Below, piece by piece: positions 1 through 10,718 of a stretch of 64,000 nt of DNA. Below the pieces are notes generated by a model. The model saw only the letters and a program-made list of their open reading frames with translations. It did not search any database and had not been told where the DNA came from. The position numbers were made by a program, and so were the translations under genes. Every line of letters starts with the position of its first letter. Position 1 is the first letter of the stretch. Source of the stretch: an uncultured Chloroflexia bacterium (GTDB taxonomy: Bacteria > Chloroflexota > Anaerolineae > CG2-30-64-16); the NCBI GenBank assembly GCA_963810095.1, contig CAWEMM010000009.1:576001-640000 (forward strand). The letters run 5' to 3'.

Positions 1-108
1 AAGGCTCAGGACAAACTGATCGATTTGCGGGTGGAGCGACCGTCTCTTGAAGAGCGTTTCCTGGAAATCACCGGGCCAGTCGGGGTTGAGAGCGGAGGAG
101 TTGCATGA
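1..108 (+). CDS. ABC transporter ATP-binding protein, C-terminal fragment (partial)
   Basis: Frame 1 reads KAQDKLIDLRVERPSLEERFLEITG...VA*. The PSLEE.F tail is typical of ABC-2 exporter ATPases, and the TGA overlaps the permease ATG (ATGA). Confidence 0.75.
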   Translation, partial: KAQDKLIDLRVERPSLEERFLEITGPVGVESGGVA

Positions 109-911
109 CCGCCTTTGCCAATCACTTCGCCTACGAGTTCAAGACCGGACTCCGTAACGCGTCGATGCTCTTCATGAGCTACTTGTTCCCGCTTGGTGTC
201 TATCTCCTGCTTGCGCTGGTAATGACGGCCGTGAATCCGTTGTTCAAAGCTACCCTGATTCCGGCCATGTGCGTGTTCGCAATGCTGGGGGGTGGGTTGC
301 TTGGCATGGGGAGCCCGATCGTCGAAGCGCGCGATGCCGGGATCTACCGGAGCTTCAAGATCAATGGTGTGCCCGCGTCGGCCATTATTGCGATCCCCGT
401 CCTTGCATCGACCGTTCACGTCTTGGTCGTCTCCCTCATCATCACGGTCACTGCAGCACCCTTTTTCGGGGGCGCACTACCCAGTAATGGGCTCGCGTTT
501 GCCGGCCTGCTCATTCTGGGCGCATTCACCATGTGCAGCATCGGGGCGCTGATTGGGGTGGTGGCCGCGAACGGCCGGGCCGTGCTCGGGCTGTCACAGC
601 TCATCTTCTTGCCTTCGATGATCTTGGGCGGGCTGATGATGCCGCTCGCCATGCTGCCCCCGGCGATGCAAAAAGTCTCGGCGGTGCTTCCCGCCACTCA
701 GATCATGCAGGCGATGCAGGGTCTCGCGTACGGGCTGCCCACGGTCCTCGACCCGTTGTTAGCCACTGCCGTCACCGCAGCGGCCGGCCTGCTCGCCTTT
801 CTGCTGGCGATCTATCTCTTCAACTGGGACAAGCAGAACCAGGCGCGGCGGGGCCATCCCGCCCTTGCCATCCTTGCGATGGCGCCGTATGTCCTGGCGC
901 TCCTATTCTGA
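105..911 (+). CDS. ABC-2 type exporter permease
   Basis: 268-aa hydrophobic ORF with about 6-7 TM segments, an EARDAGIYRS motif and GLMMPLAMLP..MQ. Confidence 0.88.
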   Translation: MTAFANHFAYEFKTGLRNASMLFMSYLFPLGVYLLLALVMTAVNPLFKATLIPAMCVFAMLGGGLLGMGSPIVEARDAGIYRSFKINGVPASAIIAIPVLASTVHVLVVSLIITVTAAPFFGGALPSNGLAFAGLLILGAFTMCSIGALIGVVAANGRAVLGLSQLIFLPSMILGGLMMPLAMLPPAMQKVSAVLPATQIMQAMQGLAYGLPTVLDPLLATAVTAAAGLLAFLLAIYLFNWDKQNQARRGHPALAILAMAPYVLALLF

Positions 912-940
912 ACCGAGTCGCCTCCCGACATCTCAGCCTG

Positions 941-972
941 ACCTCCGAGGTTCCAAGACTTCGGAGGTTTTT
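941..972 (+). terminator. Hairpin ACCTCCGA...TCGGAGGT followed by T run (terminator/REP-like)
   Basis: 8-bp inverted repeat followed by TTTT just downstream of the permease. Confidence 0.55.
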
Positions 973-1077
973 CTGTCTGTTTCACCAGTGGCTTCTTATG
1001 GCGCACCGTTCAGTCCTGAGGCCTTTTGCCGCGTGCCTTTCCGTGGTACACTGCCGCCCACTAATTGACAGGAGAAC

Positions 1078-3270
1078 ATGATGCCCGTTGAATACAAGCC
1101 GGCACGGCCGGTAAAGCCCGAGGACGTCGCAACCGTTCCGGCGCCCGGCCTTGCCCAGCCGGTCGACTTCCAGTTCAGCCCCGACGATGCGGTGATCACG
1201 TTTTTGCTCAGCCCCGACCGGTCGCGCACCCGCCAGCTCTACGGGTTTGAACCGGCCAGCGGCAGCCGCGGCATCTTCTTTGAGCCGCCTTCCACCGGGG
1301 CCACGGACGAAAACGTCTCGCTCGAGGAGGCGCTGCGCCGGGAGCGCGCACGCCAGTGGGGGAGCGGCGTGACCGACTACGCATGGGCGCAGCATGCCCC
1401 CGTCCTCATGGCGCCCTTGCCCGACGGCGTCTATGTTCAGGACGCGCACGGGCTGCGCCGGGCGATCGACGGGGCCGTGCAAGGCGCTCGCCTTTCGCCC
1501 GACGGCTCGCAGATCGCCTTTGTGCGCGACGGCGACCTGTGGGTGGTTGCCTCGGCCGGCGGCGCGCCACGGGCCTTGACCACGGGGGCGGGCAAAGCTG
1601 GGGTGACTCGTGGGCTCGCGGAGTTCGTCGCCGCTGAGGAGATGGGGCGCCACGAAGGGTTCTGGTGGTCGCCCGACGGGCAGATGATCGCGTTCGCCGA
1701 GGTGGATGAGCAGCACATCCCGATTTATCGCATCGTGCACCAGGGAAAGGACCGGGTGGGCGAGGGTGCGCAGGAAGATCATCACTATCCGTTTGCCGGC
1801 GCCGCAAATGCCCTGGTGCGCCTGGGCGTCGTCGAGGTGGCGACGGGCGAGACGGTGTGGATGAACGTGGCGGCGGGTGGACCCAACCCCGGCAGCTACG
1901 AGTACCTGGCGCGCGTCAGGTGGCTCCCATCGGGCGAGCTGCTGGCCCTGCTGCAAGACCGGCGTCAGTTGAACCAGGACTGGCTGCGCTTCGACCCGCG
2001 CACGGGCCAGGGGCGACTGCTGCTGCACGAGCAGAGCCGGGTCTGGCTGAATCTGCACGACCTCTTTCACCCGCTCCCCGCCGATTACCCCCATGCGCCC
2101 GGCGGCTTTATCTGGGCGACCGAGGGCCGCGGCTTCCGCCACCTCCAGATGTACGACGCAAACGGCCGCCCGGTCCGCGCCCTCACCGAGGGCGAATGGC
2201 TTGTCGAGACGCTTGACGGGGTGGATGAGAGCGCCGGCACCGTCTACTTCACCGCCACGGAGGCAGGCGCGACCGAGCGTCAACTATACCGGGTGTCGCT
2301 GGCGGGCGGCAAGCCGAGCCGGATCACGACCGCGGCCGGCATTCACCAGGTCAAGCTGGACCACGCCTGCCGCCGGTTCGTGGACGTGGTCGATTCGCTC
2401 ACCCAGCCCCCGCGCGTGACCGTGCGCTCGCTTGCCGACGATGCGGAGCTCGCAGTCATTTACGAGACCGACGATCCCCGCATTGGTGAGTTGGGCCTCC
2501 TGCCGCCCGAATTGGTCACGGTGCCCAATCGTGCGGGCGAAATGCTGCACGGGCTGCTCTACCGGCCGGCCGCGTCCCGATTCGGCGACGGTCCCTATCC
2601 GGTGATTGTCGACGTCTACGGTGGACCCCATGCGCAGCGTGTGTTGAACGCGTGGCGCGGCACGGCCAACATGCGCGCACAATACCTGTGCAGCCTGGGC
2701 TTCCTCGTGTTCATCCTGGACAACCGGGGGAGCGCGGGCCGCGGGCTGCAGTTTGAGGCCGCGATCCGGTGGGATATGGGGAATGCGGAGGTGCAAGACC
2801 AGGTGGACGGGGTCCGCTGGCTGGTGGAGCAGGGGCTGGGCGACCGCAACCGGGTCGGCGTGTACGGCTGGAGCTACGGCGGCTACATGGCGCTCATGTG
2901 TCTCGCCCGCGCGCCCGAGACGTTTCACGTTGCGGTGGCAGGCGCGCCCGTCACGAATATGGACGGCTACGACACGCACTACACGGAGCGCTACATGGGT
3001 TTGCCCCAGGAGAACGCAGAAGGTTACTGGTCGAGCAGCGTTATGGCACACGTGGCGGACATCGCCGGCCGCCTGCTGCTGGTTCACGGTTTGATCGACG
3101 AGAACGTCCACTTCCGGCACACCGCACGGTTAATCAACGCCTTGATCCGGGCACGGGTGCCCTATGAGTTGATGCTCTTCCCCGACGAACGTCACATGCC
3201 GCGCCGCCTGGAAGATCGTGTCTACATGGAAGATCGGATCAGGGACTTTTTCAATCTGAATCTGCGTTAG
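1078..3270 (+). CDS. S9 family dipeptidyl peptidase IV-like serine peptidase
   Basis: DPP IV N-terminal propeller, VYGGP, GWSYGG nucleophile, HGLIDENVH, ERH catalytic His. Confidence 0.95.
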   Translation: MMPVEYKPARPVKPEDVATVPAPGLAQPVDFQFSPDDAVITFLLSPDRSRTRQLYGFEPASGSRGIFFEPPSTGATDENVSLEEALRRERARQWGSGVTDYAWAQHAPVLMAPLPDGVYVQDAHGLRRAIDGAVQGARLSPDGSQIAFVRDGDLWVVASAGGAPRALTTGAGKAGVTRGLAEFVAAEEMGRHEGFWWSPDGQMIAFAEVDEQHIPIYRIVHQGKDRVGEGAQEDHHYPFAGAANALVRLGVVEVATGETVWMNVAAGGPNPGSYEYLARVRWLPSGELLALLQDRRQLNQDWLRFDPRTGQGRLLLHEQSRVWLNLHDLFHPLPADYPHAPGGFIWATEGRGFRHLQMYDANGRPVRALTEGEWLVETLDGVDESAGTVYFTATEAGATERQLYRVSLAGGKPSRITTAAGIHQVKLDHACRRFVDVVDSLTQPPRVTVRSLADDAELAVIYETDDPRIGELGLLPPELVTVPNRAGEMLHGLLYRPAASRFGDGPYPVIVDVYGGPHAQRVLNAWRGTANMRAQYLCSLGFLVFILDNRGSAGRGLQFEAAIRWDMGNAEVQDQVDGVRWLVEQGLGDRNRVGVYGWSYGGYMALMCLARAPETFHVAVAGAPVTNMDGYDTHYTERYMGLPQENAEGYWSSSVMAHVADIAGRLLLVHGLIDENVHFRHTARLINALIRARVPYELMLFPDERHMPRRLEDRVYMEDRIRDFFNLNLR

Positions 3271-3296
3271 CGGGCAAGGACCGGCTTAGGCCGGAG

Positions 3297-3346
3297 GCCA
3301 GGCTTTCTGCGTGGGCAGCCCGCGCGGGAAGCCTGGCTTTTGTTTT
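3297..3346 (+). terminator. Intrinsic terminator GCCAGGCTT...AAGCCTGGC + TTTTGTTTT
   Basis: Inverted repeat with a U-tract after the peptidase gene. Confidence 0.7.
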
Positions 3347-3348
3347 GG

Positions 3349-3376
3349 GGAACATCTCTGGCGGTTTGTCCGTCAA
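3349..3376 (+). promoter_or_regulatory. Putative ECF-sigma promoter GGAAC-N17-CGTCAA
   Basis: Matches the general ECF -35 (GGAAC) and -10 (CGTC) pattern upstream of the secreted propeller gene. Confidence 0.4.
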
Positions 3377-3520
3377 CCTCTATCCCTGAAGCAAGTGGGG
3401 CAATCCACACGCTCACTGCCAGCCGGTCACGCGCCAATTTCCTTCTTCCAAGGGAAGCCGGTGCGTCAAACCGACCATACGAACGGCATAAGCGGAGGTG
3501 AAAGTTGATCGTATCTCGAC

Positions 3521-4497
3521 GTGACGATGATCGTGCAAGCGCACGCCGCCGCGTTTTGGCTCAAGGTTGCCCTCGTGCTGATGGGCATTCTGGCACTCGT
3601 GATTGCAGGGACGGTCTCCGCGGGTGCGCAGGCCGCGACCGGCGCAGCAGTATTCCCCAAGATCCTGCCGCTGCCCAACGGCTGGGCGCCCGAAGGCATC
3701 GCGACCGGCCGCGGGACGGACTTCTACGTCGGCTCGCTTTCGACCGGCGGGGTCTACAAGGGCGACCTGCGCACGGGCGAAGGCGCAGTGCTGAACGAGG
3801 GCGCGCCCGGCCGCGCGCTGACGGGGTTGAAGGTTGACAAGCGGACGAACTATGTGTTTGCCGCCGGCGCCGCCAGTGGCAAGGCGTTCGTCTTCGACGG
3901 GAGCACCGGAGCGCTGCTCGCCGAATACCAGCTGGCGACTGCGACGCCGACGTTCATCAATGACGAGGTCATTACCGCGACGCAGTTTACTTCACCGACT
4001 CCATGCAGGCCTTCATCTACAAGCTGCCCCTCGGTCCCGGGGGTCAGTTGCCAGACCCTTCGCAGATCGAGCGCATCCCGTTGAGCGGCGACTACCAGTT
4101 GGTGCCGGGATTCAATGCAAACGGGATTGATGCACCGTTCAACGGCAAGGTGTTGATCATCGTGCAAAGCGCAACCGGGTCTCTGTTCACCGTCGACCCC
4201 AACAGCGGTTACGCGAAGAAGGTCGATCTTCACGGCGGTTCGGTGCCCAACGGCGACGGCATCCTGCTCGACGGCAAAACCCTGTACGTCGTGCAGAACC
4301 AGGACAACAAGATTGCGGTGATCGATCTGAAGATCACGCAGAACGCGGGGACGATCACGGGGTACATCACAGATCCCGCGTTTCGGGTTCCCACCACAAT
4401 CGCGCAGTTTGGGACCTGGCTGTACGCGGTAAACGCGCGCTTCGGCACGCCCGTCACGCCCGATACGGAGTACGAAGCCGTGCGGGTCAACAAGTAA
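3521..4497 (+). CDS. Secreted SMP-30/gluconolactonase-like beta-propeller protein (frameshift near 3976)
   Basis: ORFs 3521-4084 and 4003-4497 join as signal peptide + PEGIA...FIND...FTDS...NANGI...NGDGILL...PTT. Start is uncertain. Confidence 0.75.
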
Positions 4498-4519
4498 CGC
4501 TGCGGCAAGGTAACCCGTG

Positions 4520-4553
4520 TTTCATGTGCCGGCCTCGACCGGCACATGAAACA
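4520..4553 (+). terminator. 14-bp perfect hairpin after gene
   Basis: GTTTCATGTGCCGG-cctcga-CCGGCACATGAAAC. Confidence 0.55.
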
Positions 4554-4713
4554 TCGTTTCGCCTCGACCCGCGCAAACAGGCAGATAGCGGCTGCTTCAG
4601 ATCAGCCGGTGACATGAGCCGCGGTCCTCTTGTGATACAATGCGCCCACTAACTGCCGGGTCTTCCCCAGCCGGTGTGCGACTCGGCGCAGCACTCATCC
4701 ATGTGAGGCCAGC

Positions 4714-5061
4714 ATGCAGAGCAAGTCCATTGTGATTGTCTTTAAGTCGGACGGCATGGGTCAAACGAGCAATCAGGAGCTTCGCGTCCAACTCGCGCGC
4801 AAGTTCCTCACCCTCGTTCGCGATGCGGACCCCCTACCGTCGGCCATCTGCTTTTACACAGACGGCGTGCGCCTCGCCTGCACCGGTTCCCCCCTCCTCC
4901 CCGAGTTGCGCGCCCTTGAAGCACTCGGGGTTCACCTCGTGCTGTGCAAAACGTGCCTCGACGCGTTCGGCCTTGCGGACGAGGTGCAGGTGGGGATTGT
5001 GGGCGGTATGCCCGACATCATTACGGCCATGTGGTCGGCCGATACGGTCATCGACCTGTAA
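4714..5061 (+). CDS. DsrE-family sulfurtransferase-like protein (YedF C-terminal-like)
   Basis: DGMG...L..KF, FYTDGVRL, LCKTCLD.FGL, VG.VGGM.DI motifs. Confidence 0.85.
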   Translation: MQSKSIVIVFKSDGMGQTSNQELRVQLARKFLTLVRDADPLPSAICFYTDGVRLACTGSPLLPELRALEALGVHLVLCKTCLDAFGLADEVQVGIVGGMPDIITAMWSADTVIDL

Positions 5062-5206
5062 TCATCTGCCCGTGTTTGTCACTGAGGTCTGACAGAACGC
5101 AGCGGTTGAGCGAGGAAATGTCGGGATCCCGGGCCGCTCTCATTCCCTTGCCGGCACGCTCTGAGCCCTCCGTGACCTCTGCGGCAACCTACGCTATAAT
5201 TCCCTT

Positions 5207-6571
5207 ATGAATACAATGCCCGCTTTCCAGGACGATCTCCCGCGCGATCTGGGCGACGGGCTGCTGCTGCGTCGCTCGACCCGTGCCGACGCCGAGCCGC
5301 TCGCCGAATTCAACCGCTGGATCCACACTGACGACCCCGGCGAGCCCGACGAGGGTGTCGCGGTGTGGACGCGCGAGCTGCTGAGCGGCCGGCACCCCAC
5401 CTTCGGGGAAGGGGACTTCACCGTCGTCGTCGAAAAGGCAACGGGCCGCATCGTCTCGTGCCTCAACTTGATCTCGCAGACGTGGACGTATGGCCCGCCT
5501 TCCGCCGCAGTGCCGTTCGGCGTCGGCCGTGTCGAACTTGTGGGCACCCTGCCGGAATACCGCAAGCGCGGGCTCGTCCGCACCCAGATGGAAGTCGTTC
5601 ACGGGTGGAGTGCGGCGCGCGGCGAGCTGATCCAGGGCATCACAGGGATCCCGAACTACTACCGCCAGTTCGGCTACGAGATGGCCTTGAGCCTGAGCGG
5701 CGGCCGTTGGTGCTACAAGTCCGCCATACCCCAGCTGAAGGAAGGCCAACCCGAGCCCTTCGTCCTCCGCCCCGTGACCGAGGCCGACGTGCCGTTCGTC
5801 CTTGCAGTGGACGGGCAGGCAAGGGCCCGCTCGCTTGTCAGCGCGGTGCGCGACGCCGACCTGTGGCGCTACGACCTGTTCGGTCACTTCCCTGGTCACT
5901 GCAATGCGCTGGAATGGCGCATTATCCAGGCAGCCGGCGGCGAGGCGGCGGGCCTCCTGGGCTTCGTCGGCTATCCGTGGGGCCGCGATCGGGTGGGCGT
6001 GCTCTACATCGAGCTGGCGCCGGGCTGGTCGTATGTCGAGGCGGCCGCCAGCATTCTGCGAGGCGCGAAGGCCGAGGGGGAAGCCGTGTGCGCCGCGCGC
6101 GGAAAGACGCTCGAGACCCTCCACATCGGCTTAGGCGAGTCGCACGCGTTCTACGAGGCGAACCGCATCCGGCTGGCCGTCGAGCGCCGCGCGTACGCGT
6201 GGTACATCCGCGTGCCCGACGTCGTCAACTTCCTCCGGCACATCACCCCTGCGCTCGAGGCGCGCCTGGCAGATTCGTGGGCGGCCGGCCACACGGGGGA
6301 GCTCAAGATCAGCTTCTTCCGCTCGGGAGTGCGGCTCGGCCTCACCCGGGGCAAGCTAACCGCCGTCGAGCCGTGGACGCCCCGGGTGCACGACGACGAC
6401 GGCGACGTCGAATTGCCCGGGCTTACCTTCCTGCAGATGCTGTTCGGCTTCCGCAGCCTGGACGAACTGCTGGCCGCGTACCCCGACGCCATGGGAAACA
6501 ACGACGAAGGCCGCGGCCTGCTGACCGCGCTCTTCCCGCGCCAGCGCAGCCGGTTCCTCGGCCTATACTAG
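5207..6571 (+). CDS. GNAT N-acetyltransferase (Eis-like, multi-domain)
   Basis: VGTLPEYRKRGL acetyl-CoA motif, YYRQFGY, C-terminal SCP2-like LQMLFGFRS. Confidence 0.85.
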   Translation: MNTMPAFQDDLPRDLGDGLLLRRSTRADAEPLAEFNRWIHTDDPGEPDEGVAVWTRELLSGRHPTFGEGDFTVVVEKATGRIVSCLNLISQTWTYGPPSAAVPFGVGRVELVGTLPEYRKRGLVRTQMEVVHGWSAARGELIQGITGIPNYYRQFGYEMALSLSGGRWCYKSAIPQLKEGQPEPFVLRPVTEADVPFVLAVDGQARARSLVSAVRDADLWRYDLFGHFPGHCNALEWRIIQAAGGEAAGLLGFVGYPWGRDRVGVLYIELAPGWSYVEAAASILRGAKAEGEAVCAARGKTLETLHIGLGESHAFYEANRIRLAVERRAYAWYIRVPDVVNFLRHITPALEARLADSWAAGHTGELKISFFRSGVRLGLTRGKLTAVEPWTPRVHDDDGDVELPGLTFLQMLFGFRSLDELLAAYPDAMGNNDEGRGLLTALFPRQRSRFLGLY

Positions 6572-6645
6572 GGCAAGCAAGCTAGGGCAAGCAAGCGGGT
6601 TTCTAAGATTCCCGCAAACCCACACGGGCTGACAAGGAGGTCATC

Positions 6646-8383
6646 TTGGTCGAAGTCCCAACCCGGCGGGGGGTGCCCCAGTGCACCTTCGAGCATTACG
6701 AGCAGTTCTATGCCGACCGCCATCTGTGTCACGGCGTTATCGCGACCTGGGCAAAGGCAAAGCCGGACGCGCTGGCCTTTGTCAACGCGGATACCGGCGT
6801 CGAGGTCACCTGGCAGCGTTTCGAGCAAGCCGCTACTGCCTTCGCGCTCAAGCTGCTCGAAATGGGCTTTCAGAAGGGCGACTTCTTCGCCACTTCGTTG
6901 CCCATGCTCACCGAGCACATCTTTCTCGAATATGCCTGCTTTAAGATCGGCGTCATTTACACGCCGCTCGACCTGCGCCTTAAGGGGCCCGAGGTCATCC
7001 GCAGCCTGACACTGATCCATGCCAAGGGCTACGCATTCCTGGGCAAGACGCCGAACGCCGACTTCGGCGAACTGGGCAAGGCCGTTCAGGCCACCTGTCC
7101 GTTTGTCGAGCACCTGATCCAGTTCGCCCCGCCAAGTGAGACCATCCCCGGCGCCAAGTCGGCCTTCACGCTTGCTGCGGAGGCGGAAGCCTTGGCGAAG
7201 GAGGCGCTGGCGAACCCCGCCGCGTCCCCGGTCCTAGCCCGGTACATGGCCCTGACAGGCTCCATCACGGCCGATGACGGTGCGATGGTCATCTTCACCA
7301 CCGGCTCCACAGGCTACCCTAAGCCGGCCTTGCTGTCGCACAAAAACATCACCGTTCAGAATATGTGCCTGGGCACCTGGTTCGGAAGGGGCGAGGAGAC
7401 GCGCCTGCTGGTCAACCTGCCGCCCTCGCATGTCGGCGGCCAGGCCGAGCAGTTGATGACGACTTTCTTCCTGGGCGGGACGGCGATCATCCTGCACATC
7501 TTCGACCCGATGAAGTCGCTCGCCGCAGTACAGAAGTACAAAGCCAACGTGCTGGGCCAGATCCCGGCGCTCTTCAACCTCGAGTGGCGGCTGCCAGACT
7601 ACGAGCAGTACGACCTGTCGTCGCTCGATTTCGCACTCTACGGCGGGCAGCAGGTGTCGCGCCAGTTCCTCGAGCGGCTGCACGCAGATGGCTCCCCGCT
7701 TTGGTACCGGCCTGGGCCTGACCGAGTGCGGAGGTTTCTGCACGTACAGCACGCTGACAGGCACCGTCGACGATATCCTGGCGAGCGTGGGCTATGACAT
7801 GCCCGTCTACCCGCTCACGATCCGCGCGCCGATGCGCGACGACGGCCGGGCGGGCGACGAGCTACCGGAAGGCGAGACAGGCGCGGTCTGCTTCCACGGC
7901 CCACAGACCTTCCTCGGCTATGTCAACGACCCAGCAGCGACGGCGAGGGCCATCTCTTCGGATGGCTACCTGTACACGGGCGACGTGGGGTTCGTGGACG
8001 ATCTTGGCCTGCACTTCTCGGGCCGGGCAAAGTGGATCATCAAACCGAAGGGGTACCAGGTGTTCCCGGGGCAGGTCGAAGACTTCCTCTGCGAGCTGCG
8101 CGACAAGGTAGCGACTGCGGGCGTGGTCGGCGCAGAGCACAGCGTCTTCTCAGAGAGCATCGTCGCGTTCGTCGAAAAACGCCCCGGCGTGGAGGTTACG
8201 ACGGACGAGCTGGAGCGGTATGCTCTGGGCCTCGCATCCTACATGCGCCCGCTCCATTACGTGATCCTGGAGCCCGGCGGCCTGCCCCTCAACCGGGTGT
8301 CAAAGACGGACTATGTGCGGCTGAGCGAATTGGCGAAGGAAGAAGTGGCCCGGCTCAGGGCGGCGGGGGGCTGGGATAGCTAG
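6646..8383 (+). CDS. Acyl-CoA synthetase / AMP-binding enzyme (frameshift near 7682)
   Basis: FTTGSTGYPK, GLGLTE, YTGDVG, GRAK..IK..GYQVFP motifs across two frames. AAGGAGG precedes the TTG start. Confidence 0.88.
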
Positions 8384-8480
8384 AATGGGCCGCCGATCGA
8401 ACTGATCGGATTGATTTCGACTGATCTGCTCAGGCAAGAGCGCGAAAATCAGTGCAATCAGTTAGATCAGCGTCCCATTC
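8383..8480. repeat. Imperfect palindromic repeat, CTGATC-family copy 1
   Basis: GAATGGGCCGCCGATCGAACTGATC...ATCAGTTAGATCAGCGTCCCATTC; similar copies at 22845 and 27564. Confidence 0.65.
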
Positions 8481-8497
8481 CAAACTGTGGAGGCGGA

Positions 8498-9490
8498 ATG
8501 AACTATCGGAGATTCGGGCGAACCGGCTGGCAAGTGTCTGAGATCGGCTACGGCATGTGGGGCATGGGCGGCTGGACCGGCTCGGACGACGCCGAGTCGC
8601 TGGTCGCACTGCAGCGGGCGGTGGAGTTAGGCTGCAACTTTTTCGACACCGCCTGGGGTTACGGCGCGGGGCACAGCGAGGGGCTGCTGGGGCAGCTCGT
8701 CCGGGCCAACGCGGACCGGCTGCGGTCCGAAGGCAAGAGACTCTACACGGCGACCAAGATCCCACCCAAGAACTTCAAGTGGCCGTCGCGGCGCGAGTAC
8801 ACGCTCGACGACTGCTTCCCCCCGGACCACATCGAAAAGTACGTCCATTCGAGCCTGCAGAACAGCGGCCTCGAATCCTTCGACCTGATGCAATTCCACA
8901 CATGGGAAGATCCGTGGATCCGTGACCCCCGGTTGCAGAGCACGATGTCTGACCTGAAGCGCCAGGGCCTCGTCGGCGCCTGGGGCATCAGCATCAACCG
9001 CTGGGAGCCGTGGAACGGGGTCGAGGCGGTGCGCAGCGGGCTGATCGACGCGGTGCAGGTCATCTACAATATCTTCGACCAGAACCCCGAAGACGCCCTC
9101 TTCCCCGCATGTGACGAGCACGATGTGGCGGTGATTGCCCGGGTGCCCTTCGACGAAGGCACGCTGACGGGGACGTTGACCAAAGAGAGCAAGTGGCCGG
9201 AAGGTGACTGGCGCAATACCTACTTTGTGCCGCAGAACCTGGTCCCAAGCGTCGAACGCGGAGATAAGCTGAAACCGGTCGCCGCATGGGCCGGCATGAC
9301 CCTGCCCGAGATGGCGCTGCGGTTCATCCTCAACAACCTGACCGTGAGCACGATCATCCCCGGAATGCGGAAGATCAAGAACGTCGAGGCGAACATCGCC
9401 GCTTCAGACGCCGGCCCGCTCCCTGAGGCGGTCCATGCACAACTCGGCGGGCACCGCTGGGACCGCGAACCGACCGGATGGAGCCAGTAG
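8498..9490 (+). CDS. Aldo/keto reductase
   Basis: MNYRRFGRTG.VSEIGYG, FFDTAWGYG, TK, D..QFH, IPG motifs; GGAGG RBS. Confidence 0.93.
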   Translation: MNYRRFGRTGWQVSEIGYGMWGMGGWTGSDDAESLVALQRAVELGCNFFDTAWGYGAGHSEGLLGQLVRANADRLRSEGKRLYTATKIPPKNFKWPSRREYTLDDCFPPDHIEKYVHSSLQNSGLESFDLMQFHTWEDPWIRDPRLQSTMSDLKRQGLVGAWGISINRWEPWNGVEAVRSGLIDAVQVIYNIFDQNPEDALFPACDEHDVAVIARVPFDEGTLTGTLTKESKWPEGDWRNTYFVPQNLVPSVERGDKLKPVAAWAGMTLPEMALRFILNNLTVSTIIPGMRKIKNVEANIAASDAGPLPEAVHAQLGGHRWDREPTGWSQ

Positions 9491-9513
9491 GCGCTCCACT
9501 GGGTCCGGCCCTT

Positions 9514-9596
9514 CACACAAAGAACCGAAGAAGCCTCTGGTTCACGAAGGTCAGATAGCCTTTGTGATCCTTGGGTTCTTCGGTTCTTCATGTGTG
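9514..9596. repeat. Palindromic intergenic repeat, CAC(A/G)AAG family
   Basis: CACACAAAGAACCGAAGAA...TTCTTCGGTTCTTCATGTGTG between convergent genes. Confidence 0.6.
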
Positions 9597-9621
9597 CTAG
9601 AGCCTACGCCCTAACGTGGAC

Positions 9622-10635
9622 TCAATCGTAGAGCAGCGGCTGCATGGCCGGGTCGTCGATATTGCTCTTGTCGTACCACTTGAACCCGGTGTCGATCATC
9701 TTGGGCAGCGCGGTGCCCTTGATCGCCTTCATGGCGGAGTCGACGCACTTGTAGCCGATTTGGACCGGGTCTTGGCTGATGGCGCCCAGCACAACACCCG
9801 AGCGAATCTCGTCCTTCAGCTGCTTGCCGGCGTCGTAGCCGATCATGACCAGCTTGCCTTCCTTGCCCGACTCCTTGGCGCCGTTCATGACACCCTTCAT
9901 CGAGCCTTCGTTCGCACCGAAGTAGCCGGCGAGGTCCGGGTTCGACGCGAGGACGGCCTTCACGATTTCGGTCGACTTCAGGGGGTCGCCCGCGCCGTAT
10001 TCGGTGCTGACGATCGTGATGTCGGGGTACTTGGCCTTCATCTCATCCGTGAAGCCCTTGACGCGGTCGATGCCGGTCCGGCTCGTCTGGTCATGGGCGA
10101 TGATCGCGACCTTGCCCTTGTTGCCGATGGCCGCGGCCATCTTGTCGGCCGCCGCAGCCGCAGCCGCGATGTTGTCGGTGGCCACGGTGGTGACCGGGAT
10201 ATCGCTGTCCACGCCCGAGTCGAAGCCGACTACGGGGATGCCCGCAGCCTTGGCCTTCTCGAGGAGCGGGATCGCGGCCTTGGAGTCGAGGGCGGCGAAG
10301 CAGATCGCAGCCGGCTTCTTGTCGAGCGCGGTCTGGAGCATTTCTATCTGCTTGTCAACTTCGGACTCGCTGCCGGGGCCTTCAAAGGTGATGTTGGCGC
10401 CCAGATCGGCCGCGGCCTTCTCCGAGCCCTGCTTCACTGCTTGCCAGAACTGGTGCTGGAAGCCCTTCGAGATCACGGGGATGTAGGGCTTCGCGCCGGA
10501 GGCCGCGGCGGCAGGAGCCGTCGTCGCCGCCGCCTGGCCGCCGGTGGACGCCGGGGCCTGGGTCGCGGGCGCAGCGCAGCCTGCCAACAGCGACAGGACC
10601 ACGAGGACCGAGAATACAACTACCAACTTTCGCAT
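9622..10635 (-). CDS. Sugar ABC transporter substrate-binding lipoprotein (RbsB family)
   Basis: Lipobox LLAGC, ISKGFQHQFW, ATDN, QDP motifs. Confidence 0.93.
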   Translation of the reverse strand: MRKLVVVFSVLVVLSLLAGCAAPATQAPASTGGQAAATTAPAAAASGAKPYIPVISKGFQHQFWQAVKQGSEKAAADLGANITFEGPGSESEVDKQIEMLQTALDKKPAAICFAALDSKAAIPLLEKAKAAGIPVVGFDSGVDSDIPVTTVATDNIAAAAAAADKMAAAIGNKGKVAIIAHDQTSRTGIDRVKGFTDEMKAKYPDITIVSTEYGAGDPLKSTEIVKAVLASNPDLAGYFGANEGSMKGVMNGAKESGKEGKLVMIGYDAGKQLKDEIRSGVVLGAISQDPVQIGYKCVDSAMKAIKGTALPKMIDTGFKWYDKSNIDDPAMQPLLYD

Positions 10636-10718
10636 GGTGCTTCTCCTTCTTTCTCCACTTAGGGACTGTGGAACTATGTCGAGCTCCCACTTGGAGCTAA
10701 CGACGCAAGATGACATTT

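Noticed and set aside
3450-3480. GGGAAGCCGGTGCG resembling the start of a cobalamin riboswitch
   Set aside because: No complementary CCG arm or GCCACTG box follows, and the downstream gene is unrelated to B12
6567-6600. Tandem duplication CTAGGGCAAGCAAG x2 at the GNAT stop
   Set aside because: Only two short copies; no element or function attributable
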